The notes under the pieces are model-generated. The model had not been told where the DNA came from. It saw only the letters and a list, made by a program, of their open reading frames with translations, and did no database searches. A stretch of DNA of 63,871 nt, filler included, from Octopus bimaculoides (lineage: Eukaryota): NCBI RefSeq assembly GCF_001194135.2. It is 6 parts of 5 records of this genome, joined end to end, with 100 filler letters (N's around TTAATTAATTAA, not from the genome) between each part and the next. Parts side by side here need not be neighbours in the genome. Positions count along the whole stretch, not along the records: positions 29,088 to 38,852 come from NC_068987.1; positions 38,953 to 46,137 come from NC_068983.1; 4 more parts are not named here. One strand, written 5' to 3'. Of this stretch, positions 32,920-45,560 are shown piece by piece; within the stretch, counting starts at the first letter, position 1, and each line of letters begins with the position of its first letter. A program made the translations under genes and the position numbers.

Positions 32920-33020
32920 AATACTGTTATTTAATCCCAGGAAACAGTAACATTTGTCCTAACAGGGACTGCCACATTATGTTGGCAAATAATCTTTACT
33001 CTAGAGTACTGTTACTGAAT
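32920..33020. mobile_element. Internally deleted copy of the 1496-1760 palindromic element
   Basis: 32945-33020 aligns to 1685-1760; 32925-32945 resembles left-arm 1549-1572. Confidence 0.7.
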
Positions 33021-33143
33021 GTCTCTGGTTGAGAGATTTAGAAATAATAATTTTTCTGTTTATTTGATCAGAGACTGTGTCACTTTGAAAATTATATATT
33101 TCGAACAAGTGCTTGACAGTGCCATCACTAGCCGAACAGTTAT

Positions 33144-33203
33144 TCGCAGCCACTTCAACATGGCCGTCCGCTAGAACGGATAGCTATGTTGAAGTGGCTA
33201 CGA
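33144..33203 (+). other. Isolated 60-nt stem-loop (27-bp stem, 6-nt loop)
   Basis: TCGCAGCCACTTCAACATGGCCGTCCG-CTAGAA-CGGATAGCTATGTTGAAGTGGCTACGA: 23 Watson-Crick pairs, 2 G.U pairs, 2 mismatches. Confidence 0.85.
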
Positions 33204-33646
33204 ACATTATTTGTTAGTACACCTACTACGTTGATCTCTAAGAGAGATTTTAGAACTAGGATTTTTGGTCTTATACACACACAAAGACACACACACATAT
33301 ATATACATATATATATATATTTATATTTATATATTTGATCCTTTATATTGAACACTCAATATTTCATCTACATTCAATATTTTCTTTNNNNNNNNNNACA
33401 CAAAGACACACACACATATATATACATATTTATACATGTGTTCTATTCAAATTTTAAAAGGACTCCCAAAAATTTGCGAACTTAGAAGATTTTCATTTAA
33501 ACTGGATTTAAAGTAAAACCATATTGGTGAAGTACCAATAAATGGTTTATTATTATTGCCCTACTAAGTTTTGGGCCGCAGGCCCAATTAACCCTCCACA
33601 GTTGCTAACTCAAAAGTCTGCACGGAGTGTGTACTTTTAAGCTACT

Positions 33647-33714
<68 letters not shown>

Positions 33715-34658
33715 TATACATCAACTTTGCATTTCGTCACGTGTGATATCGATGAAAGAAGTACCAGCCAGACAATGTACAGGAATCCATTCCACATACT
33801 TGATGTTGGTACCACCAGCTGGCCATTTATTTCTGACTGAAACTTGTAAAAGAATATTGGAATATGGATATTATTAAAGTAGTTCTAGCTCAGCCGAATA
33901 TTCCAGTACTACAGTAGAAGATGCTCATGTACATTTGTAGCAGTGGTGTACGGGTCAGAAAATTAGATGAACCGAAAAATCGATTAAATCTACTTATTTC
34001 TATGAATCCTTCGGATCACAGTGATCCTGGAAGAATGAATGACAATGCCTGTCTTAGTAGGATTTGAAACCAGAACGTAAAGTAAGGTAATTTAGTATCA
34101 CAAAATTTATGAGAAAAAGTTATAATGTTTTTACTTTAACCGTTGTTTAGAAACATCAACGTTAATAACTGTAAATGTTTGTGAGCCGATAGGCAATGAA
34201 AGACTCTTTTAAAAAATCACTCAACTTATGAGTAAATTGTTATATCTTTGATTTACTAGAGCGTAGATTTATGAGGAGTAGCAAATTTCCTCAAATAGGT
34301 AAAAATATACATTTCGGGTGTAATACATGCGGTCTGAGAAATACTTTTTGCAAGCTCTTTCTCGTTCATGTGTAAAAATAAGGAAACGAGAGGCTGTTTT
34401 ATTACTTGACACTTTGGTGAGTTTTTTTTTTAACATTTATGATGTTACATAAATGTAGTGTTATTCAAAAATTATATTATATTAACAGTTTATGTTTTCG
34501 TTCGAAAGCTTATACTGTTTCTTTGACTCTTGCAAAGTTCATTGTCATGAGAGGTAAACTATATGTTTTATTCAATTTTTATGTCAAGTGAACTGTGAAA
34601 CTTTTAGAGAGTAATAACATTTTTCCATTCGAAATTGCTGAAGTTGCAACATTTTTAC

Positions 34659-34723
<65 letters not shown>

Positions 34724-35796
34724 NNNNNNNNNNNNNNNNNNNNNNNNNNNNNNNNNNNNNNNNNNNNNNNNNNNNNNNNNNNNNNNNNNNNNNNNNNNNN
34801 NNNNNNNNNNNNNNNNNNNNNNNNNNNNNNNNNNNNNNNNNNNNNNNNNNNNNNNNNNNNNNNNNNNNNNNNNNNAGCACGCACACACACACATACATAC
34901 ACACATGATAAATACAATCAATAATTTAGCACCATTATTGCGCCTATCCAGCCTATAAAATATTTTTTTAACAATTTCAATCGTCCATAAACTTCTAGAG
35001 CTTAGTATCAACCGATTTTGAAATAACATAATATATTTTGAAAATATATAACTGTCTCTTCTTGTTAGTATTTTGTTGTGAGTAAATATTAGAAGCTCTG
35101 AAAGTAAGCAAGGCTATCTTTCATTATTTAATTTATAACTAAATAATGGATGATTTTCGTAATTGTTTTAAATTTGTATTTTTGAAATAGTTTTATACAA
35201 TATATTTATTCTAATTTGACCTTTAGAAATAAATCATTATTTGTATGTAAATTTAGATAATTAGATGCAACTGATATTTACGTTCAATAATATATTCTTT
35301 TAAATACTTTCTAATGAAATGAGAAGACATCATAAAATTTATTTTTTTCTTTCATATAGCGGCAAAAATATAAAAAAACATTGTTGAACTCGAGAATGAA
35401 GTGTAAATTTTATTATTTGAAAAGTTCGTAAAGCATTTTTCAAATCTTTCCTGTGATTAACACTGATGAGTCTTAATTCTATAATACTTGACAGGATTTA
35501 TTTCTTAAAAAGTAAAAGTCTTTGGTTTTTGTTCAAATCTAAATTGTGCTGCAAATACGCTATGTCCTTCTCCTTTACGTATGCAGCTGTCAGCGGAAGG
35601 CATCGTCATCACTTCAAAATGATTAAATACAGATTACACACTACAGTTTTATTAGAATCATCAGATAATTATTTGTGTTAAAAATTATCATGTCTTTCAT
35701 TCACCTCCATAGGCTATGCAAATTTTATATAATAAACAGAAAACTATATACATTATTTACATTTGACGGATATTTGTTCTCATCTTGTTTGTTGTT

Positions 35797-35842
35797 AACA
35801 CAACGTTTAGGCTGATATACCCTTCAGCCTTCATTAGATGTC
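35797..35842 (-). ncRNA. Minimal hammerhead motif with mutated core (likely inactive)
   Basis: Minus strand GACAT-CTAATGA-A-GGCTG...CAGCC-TAAA-CGTT-GTGTT: CTGATGA>CTAATGA and GAAA>TAAA. Confidence 0.65.
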
Positions 35843-35885
35843 TTGAGGAAATTTCGAACGTGGGTTCTCATTCTCGCTGTTATTA

Positions 35886-35929
<44 letters not shown>

Positions 35930-36018
35930 TAAGTCACTACCTGGAATCGAACACGGAATCTTGGGGTTAGTAACCCCGCGTTCTTAACCACTACGCCGAG
36001 TTCGATTCCAGGCAGTGA

Positions 36019-36126
<108 letters not shown>

Positions 36127-36223
36127 GAAGAAGAAGAAGAAGAAGAAGAAGAAAAAGAACAACAACAACAACAACATGGAAAAATACCTTAGGAATGAGA
36201 ACCCAGGTTCGAAATTTCTCCAA

Positions 36224-36269
36224 GACACCTGAAGAAGACTGGAGGGTATATCAGCCGAAACGTTGTGTT
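36224..36269 (+). ncRNA. Minimal type-I hammerhead ribozyme (Penelope-type, palindromic stem III)
   Basis: GACAC-CTGAAGA-A-GACTG(GAGGGTATAT)CAGCC-GAAA-CGTT-GTGTT; both core boxes intact, one stem II mismatch, AACGTT palindrome. Confidence 0.8.
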
Positions 36270-36504
36270 AAGAACAAACAAGATGAGGACAAATATCCGT
36301 CAAATGTAAATAATGCAAATAATGTACATAATTCCTCATCTCTTAAATATAGAACTGTATTACAGAAAACTATAACTCAGAACGAAAATATCGTCTGTGT
36401 ATATAATTGATCAAAAGTCATTGATAAGCTATAAATTAATAATATAGGTGTTCCGGGTACTGTGGCGTATATATTCCCTTTGGATGAGACACCGAATTAC
36501 TCCT

Positions 36505-36640
36505 TTTTGTCAGGTGAGTGAACTGAAACAACGTAAAAGAAAATGTTTTGCTCAAGAACACAACAAACACATCAGCCGGTATGGAAACCACAATCTATGA
36601 CCATGCATGCAAAATCGTTACCACTTAGGCACTCAGTCCA
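36505..36640 (-). mobile_element. Degenerate family-C SINE head
   Basis: GTGAGTGAACTGAAACAACGT...TTTTGCTCAAGAACACAAC...GGAAACCACAATCTATGA is the reverse complement of the 17160-17290 module. Confidence 0.65.
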
Positions 36641-37495
36641 CCGTCAGTGTATTACTAAACCTATTATATATATATACATATAACTATGTATATATATATA
36701 TATATNNNNNNNNNNNNNNNNNNNNNNNNNNNNNNNNNNNNNNNNNNNNNNNNNNNNNNNNNNNNNNNNNNNNNNNNNNNNNNNNNNNNNNNNNNNNNNN
36801 NNNNNNNNNNNNNNNNNNNNNNNNNNNNNNNNNNNNNNNNNNNNNNNNNNNNNNNNNNNNNNNNNNNNNNNNNNNNNNNNNNNNNNNNNNNNNNNNNNNN
36901 NNNNNNNNNNNNNNNNNNNNNNNNNNNNNNNNNNNNNNNNNNNNNNNNNNNNNNNNNNNNNNNNNNNNNNNNNNNNNNNNNNNNNNNNNNNNNNNNNNNN
37001 NNNNNNNNNNNNNNNNNNNNNNNNNNNNNNNNNNNNNNNNNNNNNNNNNNNNNNNNNNNNNNNNNNNNNNNNNNNNNNNNNNNNNNNNNNNNNNNNNNNN
37101 NNNNNNNNNNNNNNNNNNNNNNNNNNNNNNNNNNNNNNNNNNNNNNNNNNNNNNNNNNNNNNNNNNNNNNNNNNNNNNNNNNNNNNNNNNNNNNNNNNNN
37201 NNNNNNNNNNNNNNNNNNNNNNNNNNNNNNNNNNNNNNNNNNNNNNNNNNNNNNNNNNNNNNNNNNNNNNNNNNNNNNNNNNNNNNNNNNNNNNNNNNNN
37301 NNNNNNNNNNNNNNNNNNNNNNNNNNNNNNNNNNNNNNNNNNNNNNNNNNNNNNNNNNNNNNNNNNNNNNNNNNNNNNNNNNNNNNNNNNNNNNNNNNNN
37401 NNNNNNNNNNNNNNNNNNNNNNNNNNNNNNNNNNNNNNNNNNNNNNNNNNNNNNNNNNNNNNNNNNNNNNNNNNNNNNNNNNNNNNNNNNNNNNN

Positions 37496-37552
<57 letters not shown>

Positions 37553-37694
37553 AGAAAATATCGTTTGAGTTTTGGAAAAAAATCTTTTTATTTCTTTATT
37601 ATTATTAGCGCTTTCGTCTCTTTCTAGAACTTGTGAAATAAAATTATGTGAATGTACAAAAAGCTTGTTCATTTATATAAAACAAATGTTTTTT

Positions 37695-38725
37695 TTAGAA
37701 TGCAAACTTAGTTATGGGATACTTGGAACAAAACAATTACGAGGAAGTAGAAAAAGCTTTTGATCAGGAATACAAGAAATATATCATAAAAAAAGTGGTA
37801 AAGCTTCTTTGATGATTGCTTCAGCTTCTGGTACAAATCTAATGAAGATCTAAATATATTTAACAATATACTGAACACACTTCACTCATCCCTCATGTTC
37901 ACGACAGAATCCAGTTGCAATGCTACCATTCCCGGATATCCACATAAAAATACAGAACTCCACAGTCACAACAGACATATTTCACAAAAGATCTGACACA
38001 CACCAATATTTAAATTTCTACTCTTGCCATCCATCACACATCAAAAGAAACATCCCATACAGCATGGCAAGACGCATCTGTGTTATAGTGACTGACCCCA
38101 AAATACGTGAAATCCGACTCAACGAACTCAAAGACTTTCTCACAATGCAGAAATACCCCTTAGGATTAATTAATGAGGGAATTAAAAAGACGATGAAACT
38201 GAACATCACCCAACTACGGACACCTAAGGAAAAAGTTAATGAGAACACGATTCCGTTCATTAACACACGCAGCCCTGGAATAACCAACATCTTTCATGCC
38301 ATAAAATCGAAGTTAGTTATACTCCTACAAAGCTCCAAAATGAAAACTCTGATTAAAAAAACAATCCTTACGGAATAGCAGACGCCAACCAAAATAGCTT
38401 AACAAACACCTCACAAGCGGAGAATTCAAATCAGAGAATGAATGAGAAATCTTAGTAAAAGAATGTGGAGACAGGAGATGTGGAATATGCAATAATATGA
38501 ACAACTTCAAATACTTGCAAAGTGGTTCCCACATAAAATTCAAGAGCGGATCACTTTTCAAAATAAATGCAGATATGAACTGCAAAATGTAAAACCTCAT
38601 ATACTGCATTACCTGCCCAAACTGCAAAGAAAATTACATCGTTGAAACAAATAATTCCCTCTGGCAACGTGCAAGAATCCACAGACAACATATCAGGCAA
38701 GAAGAATTACGCATAATTAAATTAA
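37695..38725 (+). mobile_element. Penelope-like (Neptune-type) RT C-terminus, Cys-rich linker and GIY-YIG start; frameshifted
   Basis: ANLVMGYLE...FFDDCF.FW...F..LN.LH...FT.E...LPF.DI...DIFHK.SDTHQYLNFYSCHPSHIKRNIPYSMARRI...QKYP; then CGDRRCGIC...NLIYCITCPNCKENYI.ET...R...HRQHI. Confidence 0.9.
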
Positions 38726-38729
38726 GTAA

Positions 38730-38825
38730 GCATGATTCTGGGTTCAGTTCCACTGCGTGGCACCTTGGGCAAGTGTCTTCTACTATAGCCTCAGGCCGAC
38801 CAGAGCCTTGTGAGTGGATTTAGTA
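38730..38825 (+). mobile_element. Family-A SINE head fragment that interrupts the PLE
   Basis: CATGATTCTGGGTTCAGTTCCACTGCGTGGCACCTTGGGCAAGTGTCTTCTACTATAGCC. Confidence 0.85.
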
Positions 38826-38952
38826 TATATGTATGTATATATATATATATATNNNNNNNNNNNNNNNNNNNNNNNNNNNNNNNNNNNNNNNNNNNNTTAA
38901 TTAATTAANNNNNNNNNNNNNNNNNNNNNNNNNNNNNNNNNNNNNNNNNNNN

Positions 38953-39002
<50 letters not shown>

Positions 39003-39011
39003 ATGTATGTA

Positions 39012-39056
<45 letters not shown>

Positions 39057-40835
39057 GTATGTATACACACACACAAACACACACAGAAAGCGAGAGGACG
39101 AGACAGACTGATAGACAATTATATATCAATAAATGCTTTTTCTTGAGTAGTAAGCTTTGAACAGGCTAAAAAAAGATATTTTAATGTTCTGCTCTTGAAG
39201 GAAATACTTACTACTTATAACTACTGTGCGCATGATTAAACAACCATCAGCAGGTGAGTAGCAGTTATTTCGTTTTCGATTTTCTCTTTCTTAGAGAATC
39301 TCTCTCTCTCCTTCCTTCTCTCTCTCCTTCCTTCTCTCTCTTCTTCCTTCTCTCACTCCTTCCCTTCTCTCTCTCCTTCCCCCTCTCTCACACACAGAGA
39401 TACACACATAATCATACACATCTTCCACACACATACGCACGCACATAGGTATGTGAGTATACGTATTAATACATACATATACACACACACACATATATAT
39501 ATATATGTATATGTTCACATTTACATTATCTGTTACATATGTGTATGCGTGTGCGTGTGTGTGTGCGTGTGTGCGTGCGTGTATGTGTGTGTGCGTATAT
39601 AGATATAACAATTAATGTGAATGAATTATTATTAATAGTATCAAAATCTCCTAGTTCAGGGAGAGAAGGTGACACGAAATGAACCAGGTCCATGGAGTAT
39701 AAATCATTATGGTGACGGCAGAAAAGGCAACGAGAGGACAGCTTACAAAATGTATTGAAACATGCCAGACTTGTTGGACTATCTTGGAAAACGTCTTTTG
39801 CATCTTGCAGCAAAGTGAAAAAATTCTTAGTAGTGTTAATCAGGAGGATGGTGCCACTGCTGAGAAGGGGCGCAGATAAAGAGGACACCAACGATTTTAT
39901 TGCAAAATTGTGGTGTTGACGTTGTTGTTTAACACCAGGCCGACCTTCATTGGGCTGACCTATGAACAAAGATATTCAATTCACGATAACCTGTATTTGG
40001 GAGAATATTTAGGATATACTGTCTAATATGTCCTTTGTTTAAAGCGCCGACATCCAACATGCGGAAGATAAGGTTACTATTTCTAGAATGTCACGCGACC
40101 ACGCAGAGATTCCCTTGGTTTTGCTCAAATGTAGAAAATTACTATTTAAACGTTGAAGGAAGCAAGTATTTCTCAATTTCTAACTATTTCTCGTGGATAT
40201 CTGACCACTGCTATTAAAAAGTAGAATTGAAGGAGACATTCCTATTGATCGCATTCGGAATGAAAATGCTAAAGCAAAGAAGAAAGAGGAAGAACGGCGA
40301 ATTCAACAATGACTGCTAGAGAAAAGATGCTTCAGTTGTGATTTTATGCTACGCTCTTCATCTCAGATATCAAAAGCCCAATCATGAAAAATGAACATCA
40401 ACAAATGAAGAAACCTAGAAATCCACCCCGAAAACAAGGGGGAAAAAATAAGGAGTTAGTATTTCAGCATCCTAATCTTCGTATTCGCGTTATCAAATGA
40501 AATTTCAGTAGTTTTAGATGAAGATTCAGAACTTTTTTATCCAGTTTCTTGTTGTGTGTTTGAAAAGTCTTAACAAAATTATCAGGTATAAAATCAAATA
40601 TTTTTTGTCATTCTTTCACATCCCTGAGATATAATTCTTTAAAAATACTCAAAGAAATATCGTTTTAAGTCACAGAGATAAAGAGAAAATGATGCCATTT
40701 TGAAATAGAAAATTGTTGAGAGAGAAAAAATATAACAATGCAGGCGGTAGCAAATGGAATTTATGGATAACTAAGAAGCTTAAAATACTAACTGCACCTG
40801 CCAATATCTTGATTATGAGAGACGATAATCTTTTA

Positions 40836-40873
<38 letters not shown>

Positions 40874-40904
40874 GGAATGCATGTAGTATGTGTATATGTA
40901 TGTA

Positions 40905-41275
40905 AATATTGGTTTCAAATTTTGGCTCAAGGCCAGTAATTTTGGGGAGAAGGTAAGTCGATTACATCAACCCTTTTGCTCGATTTGTATTTATTTTATC
41001 GACCCCGAAAGGATGAAAGGCAATGTAAACTCCGGCGGCATTTGAACTCAGAGCATAAAGACGAACAAAATGCCGCAAAGCATTTTGACCGGCGTACTAA
41101 CAGTTCCTCCAGCTCGTCGCCTTAATATATCTGGATATTAGTTGCAAATTTTGGAACAAGACCAGCAAGTTCGCAGGTGTGGGGGTAAGTCGATTAAATC
41201 AATCTCAGTGCTCAATTGATACCTATTTTATAACCCCGAAAGGATGAAAGGCAAAGTCAACCTCGGCGGAATGCA
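40905..41275 (-). mobile_element. Two adjacent family-B SINEs (40905-41125 complete; 41135-41275 partial)
   Basis: ACCCCGAAAGGATGAAAGGCAA...CGGCGG core appears twice. Confidence 0.8.
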
Positions 41276-41283
41276 TCTAAATA

Positions 41284-41553
41284 TTAACCAGAAGGGTGTG
41301 AGCAACGCGTTTTATTGCATAATTCTGCAACTGTTTCATCGACAATTTACCAGAAGATTATTGCTGAAATATTATTACATATTATACGGAATAATACATG
41401 GTACCAGTATTAATTTATGAATCCTGTAAAATGCCGATTCATCAGGATTGTGTATAATTTGAATTGCTAGAGCAACAATCTTCTGGTAAAGTGTCGTTGA
41501 AACAATTGTAGTATTATGTAATAAAATGAGAAGCACACACCACTTTCTATTAA
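41284..41553. mobile_element. MITE with ~80-bp TIRs and TTAA at both ends (piggyBac-like TSD)
   Basis: 41295-41365 vs reverse complement of 41471-41541 (TTTTATTRCATAAT.CTRCAAYTGTTTCA.CGACA.TTTACCAGAAGATTRTTGCT); TTAA at 41284-87 and 41550-53. Confidence 0.7.
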
Positions 41554-41842
41554 TCTTTATATAAACTCTATGGATATTTACAGATACAACATCTCTAAAG
41601 CGATCCATTGTTGCTGTATGATAGTAACTGAAAGTCGATTCCTGTGGGCGGGCTTTATAGAAAAACAAACTCCAAACTTAAAATCCAAAATGGAATTGAT
41701 ATTTATGACGTATGTGTTTATGTATGTTGTATGATGTAAAAGTATGCATGTGTATACATATATACTTACATACATACATACCCATACATATACATATGCG
41801 CGTGTGTGTGTGTGTGTGCGTGCGTGCGCCGGGTGAGTGCAA

Positions 41843-42135
41843 TGTACAGGCATGGCTGTGTAGTTAAGAAGTTGGTTTCAAGTTCAGTCCCACAAAGCGA
41901 CACTTACGGCACGAGTCTTCTACTATATCCCCAGACCGACAATAGATTTGTGAGCGATAGAAGAAAACTAACGAGAAGCTCGTCGTATGTGTATATTTAT
42001 GTTTGTATGTATGTATATGTGTCTTTGCGTTTGTACCCATACCGCTTAACAACCGGTGTTGGTGTGTTTCTATCGACGTAACTGAGCAGTTTGGCAAATA
42101 GGACTGAGAAAAGAGGTACTAGACTTGAAATAAGT
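41843..42135 (+). mobile_element. Degenerate family-A SINE (head, microsatellite, body)
   Basis: Modules recognisable in order. Confidence 0.7.
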
Positions 42136-42519
42136 AAAGAATACAGAAATAACAGAAGTAAAGAAGACGAACTGACAACAGTTTATACGTTATCTTATAG
42201 TTTGGTATTTCGTGTTTAAAAGCCCTTTGTCCAGTGAAAAGGGAGAATGGTGTCAAACATTACTTAAACTCAAAATATTCTGGAATAACAATAAGTTGAT
42301 AATAACTAATGTTTATAATAAATTTATGTTGTTGACATCTTAAGAATTTAAAAACTTCGAGAAAAAGAAATAATTCTTTTGGGTAACGGTGTATCTCGAA
42401 GCAAAGAAAGCTATAAATAACGTGTAAATGTTGAGTCGAAAACCCTTTGGATAGAAACAGAAAAAAAGCAGTCTTCGATTTTTTCAAACAGGTGGGCTTT
42501 TAAACCCAATATTTACACG

Positions 42520-42960
42520 CTAAGGAGGCGGTGAGCTGGCAAAATCGTTACCGCGCCAAATTCGTCCGTCTTTACGTTCAGAGTTCCAATGCTGTCGTGG
42601 TTGACTTTGTCTTTCATCCTTTCGGAGTCGATAAAATAAGCATCAGTTGAATACTAAGGGTCGATTTAATCGACTTAGCCCCTTTCCCAAAACTGCTGAC
42701 CTTGTGCCGAGATTTGGAGACCAACATATACACTATTATTTATAATTTGACTAAGGTAGTGAACTGGCAGAATCAGTAGAGAGTCGGACAAAAATTCTTA
42801 GAGGTGTTTCTTACGGTTTATTATATTCTGAGTTCAAATACTACTGAGGTCGACTTTGCCTTTTGAAACCGATGAAATAAATATCAGATGAGTATTGGGA
42901 GTCAATGTAACAGACTACTACCTCTTAAAAGAAAAAGATAGCGCCAAAATTTGAAACTAT
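42520..42960 (+). mobile_element. Two tandem degenerate family-B SINEs (42520-42725, 42750-42960)
   Basis: GGCGGTGAGCTGGCA...GACTTTG.CTTT.ATCCTTTCGG core appears twice. Confidence 0.75.
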
Positions 42961-43384
42961 TATTTACAGTTTATTGCTTCGCGATTCACCATTCCTAGAA
43001 AGACTTAGTAGACTTATGATATTAATTTTGAAGTGGTGGCAGCGTCTTATACATATAAGTGCGTTCTAGATAATTAGGATAACAGCGTTTCTTCTAGAAA
43101 GATAATAAGAAACAATGGAATAGTTGTTTTGCATTGTTTGTAGATAATATACGCTATCTGATAGTGCGAATGATTAGATAAGGATACCATAATAAATTTA
43201 TAATTAAGCATTTTCATAATAGTCTAGATAATATATAGCGATATTTTGAAGAAATTGGATTTTTATTTCAAGTGAGCAAGTGAGTTGTAAATTGAAGTTT
43301 TGAATTAATGACCATTAGAGTAGAGATATTAGAAGAAAATATTGATATATGCAGAAGATACAGTTTAGGCACACGTACACATAA

Positions 43385-43540
43385 AATAAATACATACGAC
43401 GACTTCTCATCGTTTTCGTCTAACTCTCACAAAGCTTTGATTGGTCTGGGGCTATAGCAGAAGACACGTGCCCTAGGTGTTGCAGTGTGGAACTGAACTC
43501 GAAACCAACTTCTGAACCAACCAGCCACGCCTGCACCTTA
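43385..43540 (-). mobile_element. Degenerate family-A SINE head
   Basis: CACAAAGCTTTGATTGG...GGCTATAGCAGAAGACACGTGCCC.AGGTG...AACTGAAC...CAGCCACGCCTGCACCT. Confidence 0.7.
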
Positions 43541-43583
43541 CGTACACACAATATTATTTAACACATTTAAGTATAGTCTAAGG

Positions 43584-43652
43584 CCGCGGTTTCCAATCTT
43601 TTTTCCAATCTTTTTAACACCATGAACCAGTTTCATGCAAGACAATTTTTCC
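43584..43652 (+). mobile_element. Possible hAT-Charlie-type MITE left end, cut off by the adjacent LINE
   Basis: CCGCGGTTTCCAATCTTTTT..CACCATGAACCAGTTTCATGCAAGACAATTTTTCC resembles, from memory, MER1/Charlie-type termini; no right end found. Confidence 0.4.
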
Positions 43653-45560
43653 TAGAGGATTAGTACGATGTAATTTACCAAGTTTTTTTAGTAAGTTTGT
43701 AGTATTTTTGGATTATTTACATAGGCCGCTAGGGTTGTGGAATCCTTATACTTAGGGTTTGAAAAGGAATTCAGATGGGCCCTACATTTCCTTTTGAAAT
43801 CTATCGTACTAGAGGATTGATACGATTGTAATTTACCAAGTTTTTTGAGTAAGTTTGTAGTATTGTTAGATTGTTACCTTGCTTAACGTTTGTTAAGTGA
43901 TTTTTGTAAAACACCTCCTTTTTCTGCTTGAGGCAGTCTTTTGTTAACGTTTTCCCCCTTGTGTAAAAGAGAAGATATTGTTATATTAAAAAAAAAAGCC
44001 AAGGATAAATCACCAATTAAAATCAAATCCAGTAATGAACCTGGTACAAGTTCAGGGGAAAATTATAAAAATGGAGAAAACAGCATAGAGCTAAAAAAAC
44101 ATGCCCTCAGACAAGGAATTTATTCATGGGAAAAAAGCTGGGAATTTTGCGGCAGTGGCCGGTGTTTCAAGAAAGAAAATTAACTGCGGAAGCGACGAGC
44201 TTGACAAATACAAAGGTATGATGAAAAGGGAGGAGAACGAAACAGTGATTATTCCTCCCAGCGAAACCACTCAACCAAACATGAATTATACTGCAGTAGT
44301 GACGACTAACAAGTCATTATTGCAGAAATTAAAAGAAGTGCCCAATGCGGCAAACATAATGAACTTTGAAGGGAGAAACGTGCCATAAAATATTACGATC
44401 TATAAAATAGACAGACCGAACTATAATATTTTGATAAACCGATTTAAAGACGACAAGGGCCCTCTGAGGAAAGATTTTTCCCCACAAATGTTTGAGGGCC
44501 TAGTCAACAAAACCTCGCAAGCTCTGGACGAAAGACCAAAGGAATGAGATGGTTGTGCTGCCCCATCTCCAACTGTAAGTACAACCATTATGGATACGCT
44601 TAATGTAGGATGTTTAAATGTACGCGGCTTGAGGTCAGAGTGGAAACAAGGCCGTTTCCTTAATGATCTCAGGACGCATAGAATGGATATTGTAGTTGCC
44701 ACAGAGTCCAGACTGAGCAGTCAACGAGTTTTTTCCCCCTCCTAAACGGCTACGAGAAATTTATTTCTCCATGCCTACAAGAAGCAGGGAGAGGTGTCGC
44801 GGTGCTGCTCAGAAAAAAATCTGGATTTACAGACTATCTTCATCGACCCGGAAGGTAGGTTGGTCGTCCTTGACGTGACACTAAGCAGCAGTAAGGTCTT
44901 CAGGCTGGTAGCTGTCTACGCTCCCCAGGGAGCTGGACAGACGGACTTTTTTTCGAAGCCTGAAGAAGTTCCTAGGGACGTCTCACACCATAGTAATGTT
45001 AGATGACTTTAACGTAATCTGCGATGCACACGTAGATTATGTTGGATCGTATACTGATAGGAGGGGAAACCCATGCCTCAATAATCTGCTCAGCCGGTTT
45101 CAGCTGGCAGACAGGTACAGACTAGATGTCCCAGACGCTCCATTGTGGACATGAACTAATAGCGATGAGTCATCTAGATCTTATTTAGACAGTATTCTAA
45201 TTCGGGGAATAGACAAAAACCAAGTTTGTCGGCCACAATTTCACTATGTTAGCTACAGTGATCACAAATTTGTGACCTGTAGGTTGGACCCAGCTACTGG
45301 AAACTCAATAAGTGACTTTTGGCTCATGAGGAATACAGGAGTCGGATTAGACAGTTCGTGTTGAGAGCATTGTGTGGTGCCATTATTAACATAAACGGTG
45401 GTATGCTCTCAAAAGAACCATACAATTTGAGTCTATTAAGTATAGCAAAGTGCTAGTGGCTAAGAAAAATAGAGTAGAAAGGGCTTTAGATAGGGCCCTA
45501 GATGAAATACTGAAATCTGGCTTCGCGCCCCGAGTTTTAGCTGCGAGAATGGCGCTTAAC
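43653..45560 (+). mobile_element. Tx1/L1-clade LINE 5' half: repeated 5'UTR, ORF1 remnant (~43940-44560), ORF2 AP-endonuclease domain (ATG 44590) and linker; RT absent
   Basis: MDTLNVGCLNVRGL...DIVVATESRL...G...L...D.EGRLVVLDV...FRLVAVYAP...DFN...D.YR...WT...SYLD.I...SDH...YWKLN across frameshifts and stops. Confidence 0.85.

Noticed and set aside
33278-33430. Short direct duplication ACACAAAGACACACACACATATATATACATAT around a 10-N gap
   Set aside because: Most likely the same overlap artefact.
35931-35997. Functional tRNA gene (also the SINE heads at 17152 and 47570-47637)
   Set aside because: A/B boxes are present but there is no complete acceptor stem, and each is fused to a repeat body; these are SINE heads.
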